Below are positions 42,904 through 52,816 of a stretch of 64,000 nucleotides of DNA, piece after piece. The notes beneath the pieces are model-generated. The model was not told the origin of the DNA, ran no database searches, and worked only from the letters and a program-made list of their open reading frames with translations. Source of the DNA: Candidatus Cloacimonadales bacterium. GTDB taxonomy: Bacteria > Cloacimonadota > Cloacimonadia > Cloacimonadales > JAFGVF01. A program made the position numbers and the translations under genes. The DNA is taken from NCBI GenBank assembly GCA_963677495.2, contig CAXXOU010000004.1, positions 1,248,001 to 1,312,000 of the forward strand, written 5' to 3'. Every line of letters begins with the position of its first letter. The stretch's first letter is position 1.

Positions 42904-42932
42904 TCAAGAATGCTAAAGTTGTTAATCCGAAT
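42904..42932. repeat. 29-bp perfect inverted copy of 44329-44357
   Basis: TCAAGAATGCTAAAGTTGTTAATCCGAAT is the exact reverse complement of 44329-44357. Confidence 0.9.
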
Positions 42933-43116
42933 TTATTCCTGATTTCTTGCCTACAAAATTTGATAATTACGTAGAATAATCACCATTATTTTATAAGATT
43001 TGCCTAAATACTTACTGCTTTTTCATAATGTTTTACATGAAATTCAAATCAAAGAGGTTGGACTAGTTTTGAGGGTTAACGCCCAGTTTCTTCAAAAAAA
43101 GTATTATTGGAAGGGA

Positions 43117-44373
43117 TTAGCTATATATTTTACCTTTTCGAATCACACTCTTTATACTATTCAAAGCTTCAATGCCCTGATAAGGATTAAACAGATTAGT
43201 TCGTTCTTTTAGCTCATAACCATGATCAATATCTACTAAAATGAGATCAGCAAAGTATCCGGATTGAATTAAACCCTTATTATGTGATTCTCCGATGATA
43301 CGAGCCGGATTGGTGGATAGTAATCTGCATAGATGCATTAAGTTGTTATCATGCAAATCATGAATAACATTAAAAGCAAGGGGGATAAGATAATCAATAC
43401 CGCATAAACCGTTGGGTATCTTCATCAGTTCAGATTTATACTGCGTTTTATCAGAGATGCTAAATGGGCAATGATCTGTAGAAAGTAACTCAATAGCTCC
43501 TAACTGCACTAAACATATTAGGTTCTGTCTGTTTATAGCATCTCCGAAATAGGGACTACACAGATAGTTGTACCCATCACTTTTTTTGTAAACTTCATCT
43601 GTAAAAATCAGATATTGAGGACAAGTCTCATAAGTTACATATTCTGATTCAATATAGCTAACTGCATTGGATAGATGGACGACATGAAAATGTACCTTAG
43701 TTCTTTCAGCAATCTCCACTATTCTGTGAACAGCATATCTCTCGGCTCTTTGAGAATAGCTTGAATCAATATCTTCAACTTTTACGAACTGCTTTTCCTG
43801 TAATATCTCATCGTCCTGACAATGCACCATGATTGTAATCTCTTTATTTGAGAAACGCTTAGCAAAAGATTCTATCTGTTCATATGTTGAGAAGAGTCCG
43901 TTCTTTTTGTAGGTAGTATAGAACTTGAACGTATTCCAACCATTATCAATCAGTTCTTCAATATCTCTTAAGTCATTAGGAGAGAATGAAGTCGGAGTTA
44001 AGTGCCAATGAATATCTGTAGTAATTATGGATTTATACTTATTAACAGTGTCCTCTATCGTTTGTTTCAAAGTCATTCCCTTTTTTTGGGTAATGAAGCT
44101 ACAAATAGTAGTAATACCTGATTGCAACGCTACTTTAGAACCTTTCTCATACGTATCTGCTATATAATATTCTCCAATCTTATCTTGCAGATGAACATGA
44201 AAGTCAATAAATCCGGGAAAGAGGTGTAAACCTTTTGCATCAATTACTTGCACATCTTCGGCTAAGATATCAGGTTTTACTTGTTCAATCATATCCCCTG
44301 ATATTAAAACATCAGCATCAGTAACATGATTCGGATTAACAACTTTAGCATTCTTGATCAGTAATTTAGACAT
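43117..44373 (-). CDS. Cyclic amidohydrolase (dihydropyrimidinase/hydantoinase/dihydroorotase-like)
   Basis: PGFIDFHVH, GITT, TFKFY Lys, VHCQD, VVHLS, ETCPQYL, STDHCPF, PNGLCG. Confidence 0.85.
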   Translation of the reverse strand: MSKLLIKNAKVVNPNHVTDADVLISGDMIEQVKPDILAEDVQVIDAKGLHLFPGFIDFHVHLQDKIGEYYIADTYEKGSKVALQSGITTICSFITQKKGMTLKQTIEDTVNKYKSIITTDIHWHLTPTSFSPNDLRDIEELIDNGWNTFKFYTTYKKNGLFSTYEQIESFAKRFSNKEITIMVHCQDDEILQEKQFVKVEDIDSSYSQRAERYAVHRIVEIAERTKVHFHVVHLSNAVSYIESEYVTYETCPQYLIFTDEVYKKSDGYNYLCSPYFGDAINRQNLICLVQLGAIELLSTDHCPFSISDKTQYKSELMKIPNGLCGIDYLIPLAFNVIHDLHDNNLMHLCRLLSTNPARIIGESHNKGLIQSGYFADLILVDIDHGYELKERTNLFNPYQGIEALNSIKSVIRKGKIYS

Positions 44374-45517
44374 TCTTTTTTGCACTCTCTATATCTTTTA
44401 GTCCATGTCCCGTAACTAATAGGACAACTTGCTCATCTGCTTTTACTACACCTTTAAGACTATCTAAAGCTGAATATGTAACTGCAGCTGCAGGTTCTGC
44501 GAAAATACCTGATTTCCTGAAAAGGGCTTTTTGAGCTTTAAGTATCTCCTCTTCAGGTACATTAACTGTTATACCATTGAATTGTTTTACATAATCTGAC
44601 GCCATATAGACGTTCGAAGGAGCCTTAACACTGATTGAATCAGCAATTGTATTAGGGTTTATTGCATCTCTATAAACCCCTGTTTCAATACAATTATTGA
44701 TAGCATCAGAGGTAGCTGTTTGCACAGAAACCAGTCTTGGTAGTTTGTTAATAAAACCAACCGTATATAAATCCTCAAAGCCTTTTGCGACTCCGGAAAG
44801 AATAACACCATCACCTACAGGAATTACAATATAATCGGGGACTTTGAATCCATTCTGCTCATAAATTTCAAAAGCTACTGTTTTCTTTCCCTCAATAGTT
44901 AGAGGATGATATGCAGTGTTTCTGTTAAGCGTTCCATTAGTAATTGTATCATCAATTGATACTTTAAAAGCATCATCATAAGTTCCTTCTACTTCAATAA
45001 CTTCAGCACCGCTAAGTTTCATCTGTATCAGCTTTGCTTCAGGAGCAGAAGCAGGCACATATATCTTTGCTTTTATATCAGTTGAAGCACAGATTGTAGC
45101 TAAGGCAGATGCTGCATTTCCGGTCGAAGCACAAACAACCTCTTTCCTATTCAGTCTGTTTGCTTCCGCGACAACTAAAAATGAAGCTCTGTCCTTTAAA
45201 GAACCGCTTGGATTGCAACCATCAAACTTAATAGATACATTGAAGCCAAACTCATCACTTAACTTGTCAGATCTGAAGAAAGGAGTATTACCTATACTTA
45301 TTGGTGGGAAATACTTGCTATTCACAGGCGAAAAGAGATTCCAGTCAGGTTGTTTGAAATTAAACTCACGCTTAATCTTCTCGTAATCAAGCACAGTCTT
45401 CAAGACCCCTTTTAATGGAGTACCGGGAGTCCAATCTTTCCCACACACATCACATAAATAATGAATCTCTTCAGTTGAGTACTTCTTCCCGCACTCTATG
45501 CACTCATAGTACTGCAT
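44366..45517 (-). CDS. PLP fold-type II enzyme (threonine-synthase-like)
   Basis: N-terminal CxxC..CxxC, GNTP, NPSGSLKDR, ASTGNA, EGKKT, PVGDG, TGHGLKD. Confidence 0.85.
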   Translation of the reverse strand: MQYYECIECGKKYSTEEIHYLCDVCGKDWTPGTPLKGVLKTVLDYEKIKREFNFKQPDWNLFSPVNSKYFPPISIGNTPFFRSDKLSDEFGFNVSIKFDGCNPSGSLKDRASFLVVAEANRLNRKEVVCASTGNAASALATICASTDIKAKIYVPASAPEAKLIQMKLSGAEVIEVEGTYDDAFKVSIDDTITNGTLNRNTAYHPLTIEGKKTVAFEIYEQNGFKVPDYIVIPVGDGVILSGVAKGFEDLYTVGFINKLPRLVSVQTATSDAINNCIETGVYRDAINPNTIADSISVKAPSNVYMASDYVKQFNGITVNVPEEEILKAQKALFRKSGIFAEPAAAVTYSALDSLKGVVKADEQVVLLVTGHGLKDIESAKKNV

Positions 45518-45518
45518 T

Positions 45519-46721
45519 CTACTTACCGTTCAATTGTGCAACCAATCCGGCATAGAAAGCTGTAGCATCGCTTAAATCAGATACTCTTATTCTTTCATTC
45601 GGTGCATGAGCTTGATCTTCGTCACCGGGACCGAATCCCATACATTTAATTTCTGGATGTTTCCCCATTATGAAAACACAGTTTGTTGAGAAAGTCCATT
45701 TATCGATAAGTGGTTTCTTGTTAAATATATTAATAAAAGCTGATTCTGCTGTTTTAAGGTAGGGTGAATCCTTTTCTAAAACCCAGGTTGGATAATATTT
45801 TTCAACAGGATATACTTTTCCAGTATAGGCTTTTTCTTCGTAAGTAAGAACCTTAATGTTTGCTTCCACACCTGCTTTTTCTGCACATTCATTCAACTGC
45901 TTTACAGCAAGTTCCTTCGTTTCTCCATCGGTCAGTCTTCTATCAACTTGGAGATATGCATAATCAGCTACAGCACATTGAGAAGGGCTATCGGATTTGA
46001 ATACTGAAGTTGTAATTGTCCCTTTTCCAAGAAAATCATCATGCATGAGATTATCGTTCAGTTTTTCAATCTCTAATGCTATGCGAGCCATTTTGTAGAT
46101 AGCATTGTCCCCTCTTTCCGGAGCTGAACCATGACAAGAAATCCCTTTTACTTCAGCTGATATTTCCATTCTACCGCGTTGTCCACGATAGATATTAAGG
46201 GAAGTCGGTTCAGTGCTGACAACAAGCTCAGGTCTTATATTATCTTCCTTAATCATGTGTTCCCAGGCAATTCCATCGCAATCCTCTTCCATCACAGTCC
46301 CTGTAAAGAGGATAGTAAACTCATTATTCAAATCTAATTCTTTAATCAGTTTGGCAGCATAAACCATAGATGCTAAACCGCCTTTTTGATCAGAAGTACC
46401 TCTTCCCCACAGATACCCGTCAGCAATGTGTCCGCTAAACGGTTCAAAATCCCAATTCTCTCTGTTGCCGGGATATACTGTATCGATATGAGCATCGAAA
46501 GCTATGAGTCTTTTACCACTACCTATTCTGCCAATAATAGAGCCTAAAGCATCGATTTTAATCTCATCAAATTCAAGCTTTTCCATTTCTTTCTTGATTA
46601 CTTCTACTACATCTTTCTCTTTCATCGAAAATGAAGGAGTCTGAACTAAACGGGAAAGAAAGTCTGCTATCTCGGGTTCAATTTCTTTTGCTCTATCTAA
46701 AATCTTCTTATACATTTCCAT
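45519..46721 (-). CDS. ygeY: YgeY-family M20 amidohydrolase
   Basis: FDAHIDTV, GRGTSDQKGG, TVMEEDCDG, TEPT, HGSAPERGDNAIYKM, WTFSTN, GFGPG..AHAPNE. Confidence 0.9.
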   Translation of the reverse strand: MEMYKKILDRAKEIEPEIADFLSRLVQTPSFSMKEKDVVEVIKKEMEKLEFDEIKIDALGSIIGRIGSGKRLIAFDAHIDTVYPGNRENWDFEPFSGHIADGYLWGRGTSDQKGGLASMVYAAKLIKELDLNNEFTILFTGTVMEEDCDGIAWEHMIKEDNIRPELVVSTEPTSLNIYRGQRGRMEISAEVKGISCHGSAPERGDNAIYKMARIALEIEKLNDNLMHDDFLGKGTITTSVFKSDSPSQCAVADYAYLQVDRRLTDGETKELAVKQLNECAEKAGVEANIKVLTYEEKAYTGKVYPVEKYYPTWVLEKDSPYLKTAESAFINIFNKKPLIDKWTFSTNCVFIMGKHPEIKCMGFGPGDEDQAHAPNERIRVSDLSDATAFYAGLVAQLNGK

Positions 46722-46730
46722 TAATATCTC

Positions 46731-48059
46731 CTAAAATCTCTTCCATAATTCTTTTGATAACGCTCTTGACCTTTTATTTATCTCAACTTCATCTAAATCA
46801 AGAGTAAGTAACTTGTTTTCCATAAGGATTCTACCATTACAGATGGTCGTATCAACCGGGGTAGCACTTATCCCATATATTAAATGTCCAAGGGCAGTTG
46901 AACTGCTTAGTTCGGTTGGTGCAAGGTAGTCACATAGTATAACATCAGCTTTATAGCCTTTATTGATTTGACCTGTTTGCAGGCCATTAAACAGACGATT
47001 AACTATCAGGGCATTGTTCTTGTACAAAGTATTTGCAACTTGCATAAATGCAGCGGTAGGATTCTCTTGTTTAAGATGTTGAGCCCACATTGCTACTCGC
47101 ACTTCCTGAGCCATATCAACAGTCATAGCATCAGTACCTAATCCGGTTAGAATACCATGATTATTGAGCTTCACAAGATCAGCTATACCAACAGCATTAT
47201 TCATGTTTGATTGAGGGTTATGCACGATAATCGTATCTGTACTTCCCAGTATATCATACTCTTCTTCATTAAGATGTACACCATGGGCACAGATTGTTTT
47301 TTGTCCGAGTACCCCTGCTTTATGAAGTCTTTCAACGACACGCAAACCTGTCATTTTAATAGTTTCCTGCTGGTCACTTTCAGCTTCTGCACAATGAATA
47401 TGAAAGCCTGTGTCAAAGCCATTATTGGCATCAACAGCCTTTTGCATCGTCTTATCTGAGATTGTGAATGATGCATGCATTCCGAACATACCTGAGAGCA
47501 TATCACTATTCCGTTTTTTAGTATGCTTTATGAACTCAATATTCTCCTGAATACCTTCTTCCATTATCTTAGCACCATCCCTGTCGGAAAGCTCATAACA
47601 TAAGCTTCCTCTCAATCCCGTTTGGACAAAACCCTTCTCTATCTCGGAAAGTGAGCCTAACACAGCATAAGGGCTTGCATGATGGTCTATAAGAGTAGTG
47701 CAACCTTTTTTGATTGCTTCTATTTGCATGATTAATGCACTGTAATGTACATCTTCAAGCATCAGCTTTCTATCCAGACGCCACCATAGATTTTTAAGAA
47801 CTTCACTGAAGTCAGCTGATGGTTCAGCTTTCCCGAGACCTCGAACCATAGTGGAATAGAAATGCATATGAGCATTTATGTATCCCGGCATGATAACTTT
47901 TCCGGTTGCATCTATTTCTTTATCGAAAGAGCCATCTGCTGTACCTTTAGGATAGAATCCTTCTATCAATTCATCTTGAATCACCAGATCATGGTTGTAT
48001 AAAACATCCTGCTTAGTATTCAGGGTTATAATAATCCCATTCTTTATTCTAATTCGCAT
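46731..48059 (-). CDS. ssnA: SsnA-family aminohydrolase
   Basis: INAHMHFYS, LWWRLD, IDHHASP, YELSDRDG, GMHASFT, HNPQSNMNNAVG, GLGTD. Confidence 0.9.
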   Translation of the reverse strand: MRIRIKNGIIITLNTKQDVLYNHDLVIQDELIEGFYPKGTADGSFDKEIDATGKVIMPGYINAHMHFYSTMVRGLGKAEPSADFSEVLKNLWWRLDRKLMLEDVHYSALIMQIEAIKKGCTTLIDHHASPYAVLGSLSEIEKGFVQTGLRGSLCYELSDRDGAKIMEEGIQENIEFIKHTKKRNSDMLSGMFGMHASFTISDKTMQKAVDANNGFDTGFHIHCAEAESDQQETIKMTGLRVVERLHKAGVLGQKTICAHGVHLNEEEYDILGSTDTIIVHNPQSNMNNAVGIADLVKLNNHGILTGLGTDAMTVDMAQEVRVAMWAQHLKQENPTAAFMQVANTLYKNNALIVNRLFNGLQTGQINKGYKADVILCDYLAPTELSSSTALGHLIYGISATPVDTTICNGRILMENKLLTLDLDEVEINKRSRALSKELWKRF

Positions 48060-48068
48060 AATAAATCC

Positions 48069-50531
48069 TTATTCCTTCAAAGCTTCCGATTCTTCTTGAG
48101 TGCGCTCACGCATAAACATAGCTCCGGTAAAGCACTTTTGCACACAAATACTACATCCTATACACTTTTCAGGATTTGTTTCTGGAATACCCTCTTTATT
48201 CAATTCAATTGCCATATATGGACAACGAGCACAGTTTCCACACGATAAACATAACTCTGCATTTACATCTGAAATCTTCTTAACAGAGTTCAGGTCCAAG
48301 AAATCAGTAACAGGATTAGGTAATGCAACCCCTCGAAGTTCAGCAACACTTTTGAGCCCTTTCTCCTGCAAATAATATGATAATCCTTCATGCAAATCAG
48401 TTATATAATTAACACCATACTTAGTTGGTGCTGTACAGAACTGAACAGTTCCCGCACCCAAAGCTAAGAAATCTGCAGCAGCTTTGTAGTTCATCGGCCC
48501 ACCATTACCGGAGATATATAAACCTTCATTTGATGCATTAGCGAGTGTAAGATTAGAGATATTTCTAACCCCTTCCCCACTCAAACCAACGATAATACCT
48601 TCGTCCCACTCAGCTTTGCCAGTATCTCTAAATTCAAGAGATGGGAACGAATTAGCTAAAGTAACTCCTGCTTTTTTATTCGGATATTTATCCATTACGG
48701 CTTTTATGGCTCTAAGAATTGGCACGACAGATGTAACCGCGCCGGTGAGTTTAAATAGTTTAGGAACCGCAGGATTAGATACTTCCATGATCCACTCTAC
48801 AATCTTGCCTGTAAGCTTTGCGTTCTGAGAAACAATATCACCTTCAGTTCCATCTCCACCTTGAGGGCATGATAGCGAATACTCTACTCCATGCACTCCT
48901 GCAGCTTCAAGTTTCTTCGTATTTGATTGCCAAACTGCTTTATCCTCTTCATCATTACCAGTCACAGGTCCACCCGTAGATACCATTATCAGTCTATCAG
49001 GGTATTCCTCAACCAGTTGGGCTGCTTCCTTTGCTGCTCTTTCTAAAGGGTGACCTGAAACATTATCGCAATTTGCATAAGTATCATTTGTTATTTTAAA
49101 CATATACTCACCGGGGATATGGATATCAAGACCATCAAAGACAGTCTTCATTACTCCGCCTGCCCATCCGGCATCTAGGGCTTTCTTCATCTGCTCATAA
49201 CCATCAGATGGTGGGGCTGCTGAAAGAATAAAAGGAGATTGTAAAGTCTTACCAAAGAAATCACAGCTAATATCAATCGGGTGCTTAATAGTCCCATGTA
49301 ACTCAATATCTGAATGTAAATCATTCTCAGTCTTTGATATCACTATATTATTAATTGATGCATCAACTCGTTTTGCACAATTTTTACCTGATGCAACAGC
49401 TTCAACAACAGTGGATGCTCCATTCTTGTAATCACCTGCAAAGAACACATCTTTATGTTCTTCAAAATTGGTTTCTTGTCTTGAGCCTATCGCCCAGACT
49501 ATGTAATCATAGTTATTTATAAAATGCTCTGAACCTTTTATCGCTTTAATTCCCTGCAATGAAAACATTTCGCTTTCCAGTTTTACTCTTTCACCTGCTA
49601 CACTGAAATGCGTTGAGTTTGTTTTAGTGATAGCTGTAACACGCGTACGATAAATGGTATTAACATTGTTTTCTCTCAGTTCTTCTCGCTCTTTTTCTGA
49701 TAGTAGCATCTCAGAAGTGTTCTCAAGCATTATCATATCAACTAAAGCAGCTTCAGCTTTCTGGGCTGTCACTGCACAATCAAGAGCAATAGCTCCACCA
49801 CCAATCACGGCTATTGATTTACCGGAAAGGTCATCATCCAGCTTTAAAAACTTATCCCACCCGATTCCATATTCTTTACCGGGAACAGGTAAACTCATCA
49901 CATCCCAAAGACCTGTTGCTATAATCACTGCTTCATAGTCAGCTCTTAACTTATTTAAATCAGTAATCTCAGTATCGGGGAAGAACTGAATCCTATCCTC
50001 ATTCATAAAGTATTCGATATCCTCTCTCAGGATTGAATTATCAAGTCTATGGTCAGGTATATAAAGTATTGCCCCACCTATTTCTATCTCTCTATCATAA
50101 AGATCGATATTGTATCCCAATTGAGCTAACACTACTGTTGCACCCCATCCTGCCGGACCTGCACCCAGGATTGCTATAGTTTTATTGTTCCACTCAGGAA
50201 GCCTAAATTCAGGCATCGCATCCAATTCTCTTGCTTTTGCCATTATTGTAGCTTGGCAGTCAGGTATGTTAATAGCTCCATCAAAGAGTTTATGGGAACA
50301 TGCATCCATACAATGCTTATCAGGGCAGACATTCCCGCATACTGAACCAAGTGGATTCATAGAGAGTATCTTACTTGCAGCTCTTCTAAAACCACTCTTC
50401 TCCCCCATTTTTACTGCCATAAGAAAGTCTGCCGGACTACATCCGACCGGACAGGCAGTCATACAGGGTTTCTCTTCACAATAAGCACATCTTTCTATCT
50501 CGCTCTTTAATTGTGCATCAGTTAGTCGCAT
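48069..50531 (-). CDS. Single-chain dihydropyrimidine-dehydrogenase-like oxidoreductase (PreT-PreA-type fusion)
   Basis: CAYCEEKPCMTACP Fe-S, GAGPAG FAD, GGGAIALD NAD(P), FMN barrel GWAGGVMKT and YSLSCPQGG, C-terminal 2x[4Fe-4S]. Confidence 0.85.
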   Translation of the reverse strand: MRLTDAQLKSEIERCAYCEEKPCMTACPVGCSPADFLMAVKMGEKSGFRRAASKILSMNPLGSVCGNVCPDKHCMDACSHKLFDGAINIPDCQATIMAKARELDAMPEFRLPEWNNKTIAILGAGPAGWGATVVLAQLGYNIDLYDREIEIGGAILYIPDHRLDNSILREDIEYFMNEDRIQFFPDTEITDLNKLRADYEAVIIATGLWDVMSLPVPGKEYGIGWDKFLKLDDDLSGKSIAVIGGGAIALDCAVTAQKAEAALVDMIMLENTSEMLLSEKEREELRENNVNTIYRTRVTAITKTNSTHFSVAGERVKLESEMFSLQGIKAIKGSEHFINNYDYIVWAIGSRQETNFEEHKDVFFAGDYKNGASTVVEAVASGKNCAKRVDASINNIVISKTENDLHSDIELHGTIKHPIDISCDFFGKTLQSPFILSAAPPSDGYEQMKKALDAGWAGGVMKTVFDGLDIHIPGEYMFKITNDTYANCDNVSGHPLERAAKEAAQLVEEYPDRLIMVSTGGPVTGNDEEDKAVWQSNTKKLEAAGVHGVEYSLSCPQGGDGTEGDIVSQNAKLTGKIVEWIMEVSNPAVPKLFKLTGAVTSVVPILRAIKAVMDKYPNKKAGVTLANSFPSLEFRDTGKAEWDEGIIVGLSGEGVRNISNLTLANASNEGLYISGNGGPMNYKAAADFLALGAGTVQFCTAPTKYGVNYITDLHEGLSYYLQEKGLKSVAELRGVALPNPVTDFLDLNSVKKISDVNAELCLSCGNCARCPYMAIELNKEGIPETNPEKCIGCSICVQKCFTGAMFMRERTQEESEALKE

Positions 50532-52816
50532 CTCTTCTCCTCTTTTTTAGAAATAGCCATTAATACAGCTTCCGGAGTTGCCGGAAACTTCAAATTGTCA
50601 TTATTCGGATTACTCCTTTTCAAGACATCAAAAAGAGCTAACCACACTGATAGTCCATATATTAGCGGAGGTTCACCCACAGCTTTACTACCCATAACAC
50701 TTGCATGTTCACGCTCTACTGTTACCATTTCTACATTAAAATCATCAGGGATATCCATAATGCATGGAATCTTATAGGTTGAAGGATTTACTGCTAAATA
50801 GCGGCCTTTCCCGTCATAAGGCAGTTCCTCCATTGTACACAGTCCGAACCCTTGAGTAAAAGCTCCATAGATTTGCCCTTTATCAACTTCAGTGTTTATT
50901 GGCGAGGAGCTATCATGCACAATTGCAACCTTTTTGAGAGAGTATTCACCTGTATATAAATCAACTTCTACTACTGATAAAGCAGCCCCATAAACGAAGT
51001 AAGCAAAAGGTCTACCTTTTCCTTTATCATGGTCAAACTTAATTCCGGGTGTGTGATAAAAGCCATGAGCACCTAGATCAACACAATTGAAGTAGGCATA
51101 ATGAACCATTTCTGCAAATTGTACGACTGTAGTACCTGACACGAAACAATCATCTTCGATTCTAATCTCATCTACCCGATTAAGGCCTTTCTCATCCCAA
51201 TAGTTCCCTGCTATCTTCATTAATCTTTCTTTAAGTATCAAAGCAGCATTTCGGGCAGCATACCCATTAATATCACTACCGGTAGATGCAGCTGTTGGAG
51301 AGGCATTACCTACTCGTTTAGTATTAGCTGATTCGATTCTAATTCTATCCATACCAACACCAAGCGTCTCCGCAACAACCTGACAGACTTTAGTGTTAAC
51401 CTGTTGTCCCATCTCGATTCCACCATGTGATACAGAGATGGTTCCATCAGCATAAACCCAGATTAAGGAGGAACCCTGATTAAGAAATCCGGCAGTAAAA
51501 GATATACCAAACTTACCCGGAACAACTCCTATTCCCTGTTTAGTGTGAGAATGCTCTGAGTTGAAATTATCAACTTCCTCTTTGAGTTTATTGTACTGAA
51601 CATTATCCTTCAACACTTCCAGCATTTCACCACCCACAGGTTCAAACACTTCCATTCCATAAGGTGTGGTCTGATTCTCTTTGTAGCAGTTTATGCGTCT
51701 AATCTCTAAAGCATCTATTCCCAGTTTTTGTGCTGCGATATCAAGAGCATACTCGATACTCATGATACCCTGAGGTGCACCAAAACCTCTAAATGCTGTG
51801 TTTGGAGGTAGATTTGTCCTGCATGGATAACCAACAAACGATGAGTTCGGGATATAATAAGCATGGTCTGAGTGATACAACCCTCTTTCCAGTATTGCTA
51901 TTGATAGGTCTGTGTAAGCACCACCATTTGAATAGAGAATATTCTCAAAAGCTGTTATAGTTCCATCATTCTTAATACCAAGCTTAAACTTATTTTTAAA
52001 AGGGTGTCTTTTCCCCGTAGATTGCATATCAGTTGGTCTTCTCAATTGTAGTAGTACAGGCTTCTTTGATACATATGCTCCTAGAGCTGACAATGCTCCC
52101 CAAAGTGTGGCTTGTGATTCTTTTCCGCCAAATGCTCCACCTAACCTTTTCACATCAACAGTAATCTGATTAGATGTTAAACCTAAGACCTTAGCAGTTA
52201 CTTCCTGAGTCTCGGAAGTTGATTGTGTTGATGAATACAGAGTAAAACTTCCATTATCTTCAGGAATACTCAAACAGCGTTGGGTCTCTAAGTAGAAATG
52301 CTCCTGAGCCCCGGTTTCAATTGTCTTTTCAATAATCAGATCAGCTTCTTCGAAACCTTTTAACAGGTCGCCCCTCTTAATCATTCTGGGGTTTATATAG
52401 TATTCACTCGCTTCAACTGCATCATCTATTGATAGAATAGGTTTCAGTTCCTTAATCTCAAGTTTCACTTTACTTGCTGCGTATTCAGCGGTCCAGGCAT
52501 CATTTGCTAAAACAATGGCAATCGGTTGTCCATAATACTTAACTATCTTTTCTGGCAATAAAGGCTGATTATCCCCATTCCCATGGGCAATGTTATTCTC
52601 TCCCGGAATATCTTTAGCTGTAACTACTCTAATATTCCCTTCAATCTGCTTCAATTCGGAAGTATCAATTGATACAATCTCCCCATGAGCAATCTCTGAA
52701 GTGACAACATGGGCATAAAGCATTCCTTGCGGTATATTCTCCTCCCCTATGAACCTCGAAGTACCACAGACATGGAGTTTCCCGCTTAAATGTTTACTTT
52801 CTTTAACTTTATTCAT
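50522..52816 (-). CDS. xdhB: Xanthine dehydrogenase molybdopterin-binding subunit
   Basis: QEHFYLE, RLGGAFGGKESQ, TAFRGFGAPQG, FGISFT, SPTAASTGSD, SKAVGEPP. Confidence 0.92.
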   Translation of the reverse strand: MNKVKESKHLSGKLHVCGTSRFIGEENIPQGMLYAHVVTSEIAHGEIVSIDTSELKQIEGNIRVVTAKDIPGENNIAHGNGDNQPLLPEKIVKYYGQPIAIVLANDAWTAEYAASKVKLEIKELKPILSIDDAVEASEYYINPRMIKRGDLLKGFEEADLIIEKTIETGAQEHFYLETQRCLSIPEDNGSFTLYSSTQSTSETQEVTAKVLGLTSNQITVDVKRLGGAFGGKESQATLWGALSALGAYVSKKPVLLQLRRPTDMQSTGKRHPFKNKFKLGIKNDGTITAFENILYSNGGAYTDLSIAILERGLYHSDHAYYIPNSSFVGYPCRTNLPPNTAFRGFGAPQGIMSIEYALDIAAQKLGIDALEIRRINCYKENQTTPYGMEVFEPVGGEMLEVLKDNVQYNKLKEEVDNFNSEHSHTKQGIGVVPGKFGISFTAGFLNQGSSLIWVYADGTISVSHGGIEMGQQVNTKVCQVVAETLGVGMDRIRIESANTKRVGNASPTAASTGSDINGYAARNAALILKERLMKIAGNYWDEKGLNRVDEIRIEDDCFVSGTTVVQFAEMVHYAYFNCVDLGAHGFYHTPGIKFDHDKGKGRPFAYFVYGAALSVVEVDLYTGEYSLKKVAIVHDSSSPINTEVDKGQIYGAFTQGFGLCTMEELPYDGKGRYLAVNPSTYKIPCIMDIPDDFNVEMVTVEREHASVMGSKAVGEPPLIYGLSVWLALFDVLKRSNPNNDNLKFPATPEAVLMAISKKEEKRCD

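Noticed and set aside
43000..43212. 70-aa ORF and the other small antisense ORFs nested within long genes
   Set aside because: They overlap well-supported genes on the opposite strand and carry no recognisable motifs
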